Shown here one piece after another: positions 24,082 through 64,000 of a DNA stretch of 64,000 nucleotides. The stretch lies in assembly GCA_030141605.1 (NCBI GenBank), contig JAQGDQ010002374.1, positions 434,001 to 498,000 of the forward strand, read 5' to 3'. Source of the DNA: Tubiluchus corallicola. Taxonomy: Eukaryota; Animalia; Priapulida. Each line of letters starts with the position of its first letter. Position 1 is the first letter of the stretch. Below the pieces are notes generated by a model that saw nothing but the letters and a program-made list of their open reading frames with translations, ran no database searches and had not been told where the DNA came from. Made by a program: the position numbers and the translations under genes.

Positions 24082-25506
24082 AGCATTAAATACTAGAGAT
24101 ATGCAATAACTACTTAAAGCAAGCAGTAAAAAATGATAGTCATGTGATACCTTCCCTCTGCAAACTGTGTCTTAATTGCATACAGTTTTTATTTATTTTG
24201 ACACGTAACATTCTGTCTTCCACAGATATTGGGTTGTCATAATGCATACTTTAGTGATAAGTTGCCACATCACTAAAGTACAGCACACAAGTTGAAATAA
24301 AACACGAATACAAATAGCTAGTGCGATTAATATTTCTGAATTTATTCCAAATTACTATCATTTAAAATCAAATTTCTCTATAATGATGTATAACAAACTA
24401 ACAATATACAAGTTTCATTTTTTCAGTTAATTAACATTGAACTAGTAGGCCCCTACTGTGCGTGCATCTTCCTCTCAGCACTAAAAACAACAACTGTAGA
24501 TTTTGCTTTAAAATTCAGCAATAACAAAATTTGCAATTAAACACATACCCAATCATGTTTTACGTAACAGGTACACAGCAATATATAACAATCAGGCTAA
24601 AAATTTAATGCAATAAACTCAGTGAAAAAAAATGCGAATGGCTTACTTTCACTAGCCAAGGAAGACAACAAACATTAAAATAATATTTTTACACGATTGA
24701 TTGGTGATAAATTTGATGCATTAATGATGAAAATGAAAGCTTTCAAAACTGACTTACTGATTATATGCAATCTTGTTACTACAAAATGGAATTTTTTGTG
24801 CAGTGTGTATTCTGTTTCAGAACTAAAACCTCATTATGTTAGCATTTAATACCATTTGCATTAAACATGAGCAATTAAAAATGAAATACGGATGTATGAG
24901 TGCATTTATGGTAAGAGTATTTTGAAACTTACTTTAAAATGCAGTTTCCATTTAAAAAGACAAATTTCAGACACCTTACAGACAATGCACTGAGCACCTG
25001 AATCAGCTGTCCATACTTAATAAGCAATTAATATTAAACACTACTTACACTTAAAAAAATAAAACTAGTTCAACTATCACATCAGTTTCTAAAAAACAAG
25101 TTCAAAATGATCATGTTTCAAGATAAAATTTTAAAGCAACTTCAGTGTCTTTGGTGTCTTTATGAATATATCTAATGCAAACAGCAACAGATACATGTCC
25201 TTTTAAAGGCCTATTGTAGTTGAATGCTATACTATGAGTTACTCTGAAGAACCCTTGCACAGCTTTAAGTAATTGTCAACTTTGATTTCAAAATCTGAAA
25301 TTTTCACGTGTTAGTTATTTGATGATAAATTTGCATTGGCTTTACTGAAATTGCTATACATTCAACAAAGGCTTCATTAAAATTTTATACAAATTCTTCT
25401 AAAATGTACTCAATTATGCATTTAGCTGGCTGAAATAATATCAATGGTATTCAAAATCTTTGGACGACACAGCTAATTTTAGATTGCAATACAAACTTGG
25501 TAACTA

Positions 25507-55884
<30,378 letters not shown>

Positions 55885-56189
55885 CTAAAATGTACATCAA
55901 AATGTGTGATTAGTATTATCTAGTCCGTTCACGCTGTCTGCTATTGGAGCTAATGAGCTACAGTCTGTGTTTGACTGTTTATTGGATGCTAAGGCTAAGG
56001 TCTCCAACAAGAATGTATAAGTTACTATACAGGAGTTAAGTGAACTAGTAAGATCAGCTACTAAGAGTTCATTTGTAGGCAAGTAAGGACCTAAAAGGCT
56101 GCGTCTCTACACGCAATATTTTTTACAAGTTATGGTACTTCGGAATCCAGCACAAAATGACAGGACCTGCTATGTAGGACGGGTTGTGG

Positions 56190-57171
56190 CAGGAACAGAG
56201 CCTAAATATGATGAAACATTGGACCAGCAGAGGTACAGGAACAAAGAGTAGCTACAATGAAACAACAAACCAGCAGAGCTACAGGAACAAAGCCTAGCTA
56301 TGATGAATCACTTAACCAGCAAAGTGCAGGAACAAAGCCTAGTTATGATGAAACAATGAAGCAGCAGAGGTGCAAGAACAGTGCCTTGCTATGTCAAAAC
56401 ATTGAATCAGCAGAGGTTTTGAAGTTTTGAAGCTTTTATTATTATCACATTCAGTACAATATAATGACGTTAAATACATAGTGACATCAAAATTGTTACT
56501 TCATACTGTATTAAATTATTATGTTTCATACACTATAGTTATAATAAAAGAATTATTGTATTACAGTGGGCTAGAGAAGCAAAAGCTTGTATAAGCCCAC
56601 TGTCATGTGAACCAGATAAAAAAAAGAATGGATGAGTGAACAAAAAAAAAGAACTGGGAGAAAGGTTAGATCACACAGAAAGGGTAGAAGGATGTGTTAG
56701 TGGAAACAGTAGGAAGAAAGATTACATCAGCTCAAAAGATTTATCAATGTCTTGATTTGGATAATCTGTACCAGGATTGTGGTATGACTGCTGCAGCAAC
56801 AGGTACAGGAACAAAGCCTAGTTATGACGAAACAATGAACCAGCAGAGGTGCAGAAACAAAACCTAGCCATGATGAAACACTGAACCAACAGAGGTGTAG
56901 GAAGAGAGCCTAACTATGATGAAATACTGAAACAGCAGAGGTGCAGGAAGAGAGTCTAACTATGATGAAATACTAAACTAGCAGAGGTGCAGAGACAACA
57001 CCTAGCCATGATGAAACACTGAACCAAAAGAGGTGCAGGAAGAGAGCCTAACTATGATGAAATACTAAACCAGCAGAGGTGCAGGAACAACGCCTAGCTA
57101 TGATGAAACAATGAACCAGCAAAGGTGCAGGAACAGAGCTTAGCTATTATGAAACATTGAACCAGCAGAGC
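56190..57171. repeat. 46-bp minisatellite in two blocks (56190-56417 and 56795-57171)
   Basis: Unit CAGCAGAGGTGCAGGAACAAAGCCTAGCTATGATGAAACAATGAAC at period 46 (56841, 56887, 56933, ...). Confidence 0.9.
56530..56790 (-). mobile_element. Probable LINE 3'-end remnant splitting the 46-bp array
   Basis: Minus-strand stem-loop CAGTGGGCTTATACAAGCTTTTGCTTCTCTAGCCCACTG, typical of L2/CR1 3' UTRs, downstream of a decayed ORF2-like end. Confidence 0.4.
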
Positions 57172-57969
57172 TGTCTTTGTCAAGTTCAATTCCTCAACAC
57201 ATAAATAGGCAGACACACGAGTGGTTTTCCAGCAGCTAACCATCAGCTAACCTGGCTAGGCATTGCTTACAACTTTGGTCACTAAGCTATTCCCCTCATT
57301 TAATGCACATTTGCTATTTTGTGCATAAACAAAATTACAGTTTATGTGTTTGCATTTACAGGGTAAATTATTATGGAGCTAAAGCACATATAAAAAGCAG
57401 AAAACAAATGCCTGAACAAATTTCAGTTTGTACATGCAGGAGTTATTTACAACAGCATTTCTCTGTCTGATTTCCAATTCTAAAATTTGGTAACAATGTT
57501 TGGTAACAAAGTTTTTTACAATGTTATAATTGGGAAGTGGTCACAGCATGTCGGTTCCACGGATTGCAAAGTTTGGCTATGTACATATTCCTAATTATGG
57601 CGGAATCAGCTAGAAAAGCTACTGTTTTGAGCTAATCAGTAGTTTCTCATCATTCGGCAGTATTAAAACTATTAAATCGGGTTATGATTAATCTGGATAC
57701 TTTTTCTCTTTTTAATTTATTGAAGGTTCTTTTACATACCTAAACTCAAAAACCATGTCATCAGACAGTGAATGACCAACGTTAGTGATATCAGCTTTCT
57801 ATAAACAAATGAAAACATTCACTATAGAAACTATAATTACCACTTCTAAATCTAGTATCAAATTCTACAAAATTTTGTCTGACTTAATAAACAATTATAG
57901 TTATATCTTTCACGATCTCAGAAAGTTTCAGCTTTTCCTAAAGAAATTAACAGAACAAAGAAAAATGAT

Positions 57970-58122
57970 TTGTGTTTAGAGTTGTAAGCAAACATGTATC
58001 CTACATTTGTGCAATTTCTTCAGCTGTTTATTACATAGATAGCTTTGCGTTGTGTTTAGAGTTGTAGGCAAACATGTATCCTACATTTGTGCAATTTCTT
58101 CAACTGTTTATTACATAGATAG
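57970..58122. repeat. Tandem duplication, period 80 bp
   Basis: TTGTGTTTAGAGTTGTA.GCAAACATGTATCC...TTACATAGATAG occurs at 57970 and 58050. Confidence 0.9.
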
Positions 58123-58228
58123 AACCCTGAGAGATTTACTTTGTTGGACAATAAATAAAAACCAAAAATCCTAACGTAAGACCAACCCAATCATTCCACA
58201 TGTGAAATGTACCATTGTAAATGCTTAC

Positions 58229-61200
58229 CATTGTATCACTATTCCACGTGACATCTGGTGAGACTACAACTCCATTGACACGGAAATACTTTGGTTCCCA
58301 TGCCAAACCCACCAAGTCGATGCTATCCAAAGTAAATCTGCTCATATCATAGCCTCTGTTGGAACCAAGTACATAAACCGTATTGTGTTCATACTTCAAT
58401 TTAGCATCATAGTAATCTCCTTTCTCATACGTGTCTAAAGAAAAACCATCATCCCAGAACAAGTAGCCTTTAGCATAAGCTTCCATTGATTGGTCATTCA
58501 GAGACACGATCAAGCCGAGTTTACCCAAGTCATCACACTTCTTTGTTGTTGCTCGTTCTGGACACTCCCAAGTTGGAATTATTGTTCCACCCACCGTAAA
58601 CATGGCAAGATCCTCAAGAGGAGCTGCTATTGTGTGCTGCAGTTGTCCATCTGTGTTGTCAATGTAAGTGCCATTAAAGTAGTCATACCAGACTCCCTCC
58701 TCTGGAAAAAACACATCCACTTCCTCTGCAGATTCAGTCTGAAATAATAGTAAAATCAACAGTAAGTGCAAATGCAAAAACAAATTATTTCTGCAATAAG
58801 TACACGTTATTATGCGGATGAATAACAGTATTAAGTTTTTTTACAGTTCCAATGACTGACGGCAAAAAGGTCAAAGGTTAAGTGAACAACGCATTTGTGC
58901 ACACTTTGTAATGCCTTGCAGCCTAAGCTACAGTAATAGTAACAGTTTTAACAGCTAGCTAGAACCTTACCAAGTTTATGCTTTCTTGTTAGTAAATGCT
59001 CCTGTTAGTAAATCACTCTATGCACAGACTATGCATAATTAAGTACGTAAAACAACTGAAATTACTGAACTGGTGCAGTAGATGGCTTTGCTTTATCGAC
59101 ATGTCATGTTGCAGTTAAGACACGATGCTGTGGCTCACTTAATCCTTGACCTACAGCAACTGCGTGGGTGCACAATACTGTGAAAAGGCTTAATATAATA
59201 AAACTATTCGAAAATGCCACCAGCTAATACATATACAGAAATATGATAGGATCACAGGCAGAAATTGCTTTCATTTTGATACGCTGTAACGTTCAAGAAA
59301 GTGCATTTCATACACATTTAAGCATGGTTTAGCAGGTTTTAGTGGTCAATTAAATTTTAAGCAAAAAATCTGATCAGTTTGAGTGTTTTAACGGAAATTA
59401 GATGAATACTGTTACGTTACATTGATGTACAGCTGTAGTGCAAACTGTTGCTGTAAATTGCTGGGCTAACTGGCGTCTTGTGCCACTAGTAAGCCAACAA
59501 TGATTTAGTTAGACAAAATCAGAGGAAAACATTGAGCATTTGGTGTAAAGGAAAGAAACATTTTTAAAAAAACACCATATGCAAAGAAAAGCTATAGTTC
59601 ACACGACAGTGGTAGAACTGAGTCTGGAATTGAGAATGTTATCAACATTGCTAATAGCTTTTCACTGTTTACATTATAGGAATTTTTCCTAGTTTTTTTC
59701 GTACCAACGTTAAGAGCATAGACAGAGCAAGATTCATTTTTTGTGTTTCCTATTTTTGTTCAAGAAACTGACAGCATAAAGACATGAACAAAATAAAAGC
59801 AAATCAAGTGTTTTGTTCGGTTTGTTTTGTAGAAAATTTCGTGAAAACTGTTTCTATATGAAAAAACCCTGAATGCAAAAATAAAATTATTTTCTACAAT
59901 GACTTACATCAATTTTTACAAAAACAGATTCTTACACAATGTCATATTGGCATAACTATTTAACTATGTACACTGGTTTGCTAATTTTAACCTACATATA
60001 TATTATTTGCTAATTTAGCAGAATAAACACAAATTTAATGTCGTACAAGCAACTAAACTGAATGTGAATACAATAATACAAAGTACTTCATAAAATTCAT
60101 GGTTTTCTTGACAACAGGAACAGTATTAAGTAATTATTAACGGGGTATGAGTAGCGTATCGGTGACAACTCAGCCATGTTAAGACTTACCATAACTGGGG
60201 CTACCATCAAGGCATCACCCCACATGAGCTGATCATCCACATCCCAAGTGAGTGGATCTTTTGGAAACCTCAAAAAAGTAAATCTTTATAAACATTTTTG
60301 AAATCCATTAAAAATGTTATGTTAGAATTTTTTCACTGTGAGAAAGGTTGTCATTATTTTCAATTTCGGGACTTAATGCCTTGCCAAACAAGTGCAATAT
60401 ACAATATGTCATTCTACGTCGTTCACGAGATAAAATGTTATCTTTGTTTAACCACTATTTAATAAAACAAACCGTGCCATCCATCAGTTCGTACATAGTG
60501 CTAAGTAAATGTAAAATGTACTTTGAAAGGCCTAGGTTGTGTTTTGCTTTCATCATGATAAGTTATCAGTTTAAGATTGTACACCATTATATGGTGTATT
60601 AAAAGCTTATAAAAGGAAGCGTAAGTAAATATTCTTCCAATTCCATATTATTGCTACACTAAATAAAAGAAAATCGTAGTCATTCGTTGGCAAGCACTTG
60701 CAAAAATAACAGCATACATATACATATGTAAGAATACACATAATTATTGACATTAACGTGTCCTATCCAAAAATACAGGAATTTAAGTTTCATGTAAACT
60801 GGATAAGGTCACCACCTTACAGTTATTGGAAACATATAAAGCAAGATTTGACAAATCAGATAATTTTTTGTATTCTGCTGCTATGATACTTAAATCTGGA
60901 TCATAAATTTGTCATTCTTCAAATCCAAAATTTTTGCTTAATGTATTGCAATTATCGGGACAATTTGTTTTTCTTTTTTACTTCTTTTTACTTTTCACAT
61001 ATATTCATAGTCTCTTTATAGATATATTTTATATCTTCCATAAACCAAACACTTGATAACTATTATTTCTCCTAAAGTTACTAATTTAAATTTAAATTTC
61101 ATTTCATTTTGTTTAATATTCATATCTGAAAATCTTGATTCCAGTTAAATTTTCTTTGCGAATGTTGTTTTTTCTGAATATTTAAGTATTCTCATTTTGA

Positions 61201-62970
61201 TCTGACTTTCTGTTTTGAACTGTATAATATCCACTTTTCTTTAGGAATGGACGGATTTGTATGTTTGTTTTTTTATTTTATTTTTTGTATTTATGGATGT
61301 TTATGTATTTTTTATAGTTGTGTTCTTTTTGTCATTAGTGTGATTTTGTTTATTTGTCTTTCTGAGAACGGTGGTTGACTCACTAACCTTTGGTTTTTCG
61401 CCACCCTTTCTCTCATGTTCATTTGAATTTTCGTATATTTTATCGTTAAATGTAAATTTATAGATAAAAATAAATTACTAATTTAATCTAATCTAATCTA
61501 AGCAAGAGCAGAGACTTAAATCTTAAGTCATAAATTGAGGAAGTTAACAGTTAACAGATACTACAGAACTGAACTAACAATTTATTTGTGTCAGCTTTTA
61601 AGGACATTTTTTATTGTTGCTGTTTACGTAAATTTTCCCTTTTTATCAGATGAATTTCACACCTTTATAACTAAATAAATAATATTTAAAACAGTGGTCA
61701 ATTCACTGATAACAGTGGCTGTAGTTGGCAGCAGTCAGTTAATTTGGTTTCTATTTTTCTTCTTTTTAGTTGGTTGTGTCTTCTTATTTAAAAACTTATT
61801 GATGACACAGGTTCACTTACTTTAGCTAAAGGCATTAAACTACATTCTATAACAAAGCCCTAAAAATATGGTTACTTGAGTAAAATGTACAGCAAAATTT
61901 TATTAATAGATACTAATTCTGGCAAACAGTACAGTAAGTTCTCGCTTAACAACTGCCCGTTTACCGACATTTTGTTTTTACAACGCTGAACATTTGCCAC
62001 CTTTTTTCAATTAACGACGCATGTTTCATATCAATGACGATTTTTTTTACCTTACCGAAAGCCAATTTCCATTTATCAACAACTTTCTTATTTAATTTGA
62101 AAAAATAAAATGGCACATAAATTATCGCATTATTCTGTTTTAAAAGTGTATTAGTAGCGTAAACAGTGCAATTATTACACATATTTTTGCTTTCCGACTG
62201 ACTACTATAAACTGCCGTTTCTATCAAGTGAAACCTGTAAACAAACTTTGTGCGAAGGAATTCTACCCGCAACTGTTCCTATAGCAACCAGACTACGTAG
62301 TTACTAGTAAATGATACAGTGCTCTGGTATGATAAAATTTCCAAGGAAGCCTCATGCACCGCTTGGCTTTGACTCTGCAGTGTTTATTGTTTATTGTTTA
62401 CTGCTTAGGCCTAGACCTGAGTGAAAGAGAAATGGTTAGCTAGGTATGTATTGGTAAGAAAGATAGGTGTTTTCAAGCAAGCAGAAAAATTAATTAGTAG
62501 AAACCATAAAGAAACTCATAAAACGCTTAATTCATATGATTTAAGCAACATTGATTTTGCCCCTGTAACGTATCTCAGTTCTTTATTTATTACTTTCTAT
62601 GGAAGTTTTGATTTCGTTTAACAACGTTTCCCTTAAAGTTGCGTTTTGCTGCAATGCATTAGCATCGTTAAGCGAGGACTCATTGTATTAACAAGGTCAG
62701 TACTTCATTAGTACGAACAACACTCTTCAGCAAAAACTAATTAACAGACTTTAGATCAATTTTATGTTTACCCATGGATTAAAAAGAAAAGCAGTTCAGA
62801 AAAAAGCATTTGTTAACATACTTGAAAAATAATGGCCGGACAACAGTGGAACCATCTTTGTGAGCGAGATGCATCAGCGTGTAAAGATATGGCAGCAACC
62901 GGTAACGAATCTTCATGTATTTGGCAACATTAGCTGCAACTGCTTCACCAAAAATGGTCGGGTGTTGATC
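58229..62970 (-). CDS. C-terminal exons of an upstream GH31 alpha-glucosidase unit (begins beyond the right edge)
   Basis: Exons 62970-62822 ([19 protein letters not shown]), 60268-60190 ([17 protein letters not shown]) and 58738-58229 ([21 protein letters not shown]); phases are consistent. Confidence 0.9.
61932..62685. mobile_element. pogo/Tigger-type MITE
   Basis: TIRs CAGTAAGTTCTCGCTTAAC / GTTAAGCGAGGACTCATTG, flanked by TA on both sides. Confidence 0.75.
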
Positions 62971-63051
62971 CTGAATTAACAATTAAGTAAACAAACACAT
63001 GAGCATGTGAACGTACATCCTTTCTTGTACAAACCCTTAAACATTTGGTGA

Positions 63052-64000
63052 TATAAGCGGTTACCTTTTACCTATAAGCGGTTACCTTTTACCTGTAAGT
63101 GTCACCTTCTACTTGTAAGCAGTCACCTTCTACCTGTAAGAGGCCATCTTCTAACTATAACAGGTCACTTTTTACCTGCAAGTGATCACTTTCTACCTAT
63201 AAGCAGTAACTTATCTATAATAGGTTACCTTCTACCTATAAGTGGCCACCATATACCTATAAGTGGCTATCTTCTATCTATAAGAGGTCACCTTCTACCT
63301 GTACTTAAGTGGTCACCTACCTGTAAGCGGTTACCTTTTACCTGAAAATGGTCATCTTCTACCTGTAAGCAGTCACCTACCAGTCAGAGGTCACCTTCTA
63401 CTTATGAGTAGTCACATTTTACCTATAAGAGGTCACCTTCTACTTATAAGCAGTCACCTTTTACCTATAAGAGGTCAACCTTTACCTATAAGAGATCACC
63501 TTCTACCTAAAAGAAGTCACCTTCTATCTATAAGTGATCACCTTCTACCTATAAGAGGTTACCTTCTACCTATAAGAGGTTACCTTCTACCTATAACTGG
63601 TCACCTTCTACCTATAAGAGGTCACCTTCTACTTGTAAGTGGTCACCTTCTAGCTTATAAGAGGTCATGTTCTACTTATAAGCGGTCACCTTCTAGGTTA
63701 TAAGAGGTCACGTTCTACTGATAAGATGTCACCTTCTACCTATAAGTGATCACCTTTTACCTATAACAGGTCACCTTCTACCTATAAGTGGTTGCCTACC
63801 TATAAGGGGTTACCTCTACCTATAAGAGGTCACCTTCTGTCTGTAAGTAGTCACCTTCTAGCCTATAAGAGGTCACCATCTACCTATAAGTGGTCACCAT
63901 CTACCTATAAGAGGTCACCTTCTATCTGTAAGTAGTCACCTTCTACCTATAAGAGGTCAACTTCTAGCCTATAAGAGGTCACCATCTACCTATAAGTTGT
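63052..64000. repeat. 21-bp minisatellite (CTTCTACCTATAAGAGGTCAC)n, running off the right edge
   Basis: More than 40 degenerate units, within a GH31 intron. Confidence 0.95.

Noticed and set aside
56724-56790. Candidate linker exon QSYHNPGTDYPNQDIDKSFELI (phase 0 to 2) joining the two GH31 units
   Set aside because: The phases fit, but the donor is weak, similarity to the GH31 C-terminal strand is poor, and it overlaps a probable LINE remnant. Not excluded, but unsupported.
56190-57171. Regularly spaced repeats suggestive of a CRISPR array
   Set aside because: Head-to-tail 46-bp units with no unique spacers and no cas genes, in a eukaryotic intronic context.
60700-61520. Strand-biased AT-rich stretch, possibly a decayed LINE 5' region
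   Set aside because: No translatable diagnostic motif could be read.
63404-63703. Repetitive 99-aa ORF (HLLPIRG)n
   Set aside because: Translation of the 21-bp minisatellite.

Overview
AT-rich, intron-rich animal genomic DNA, probably a marine invertebrate; the taxon cannot be fixed from the sequence. Host genes: (1) the 5' coding part of a DNAH3-like axonemal dynein heavy chain on the minus strand (8 exons, 15066 down to 370, running off the left edge); (2) a 23-exon GH31 alpha-glucosidase unit with a trefoil domain (MGAM/SI-like, minus strand, 55884 to 25507), preceded by the C-terminal exons of another GH31 unit (62970 to 58229); (3) two intronless class-A GPCR genes nested antisense in one glucosidase intron. 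Mobile DNA: a full-length but disabled Ty3/Gypsy (Mag-type) element, a deleted Copia element, an Academ-type element, a Tc1/mariner remnant, LINE tails, tRNA-derived SINEs, several MITEs and minisatellites. The most unusual feature is a ~6.6 kb Dada-like DDE transposon without terminal inverted repeats (2047-8612). It sits exactly in the Pol III A-box of a tRNA-derived core carried by a palindromic repeat. An empty copy of that repeat at 54783-55202 defines the insertion site, and the element end carries a perfect 10-bp inverted copy of the flanking target DNA. All calls come from reading the sequence by eye and recalling protein families; no searches were run.
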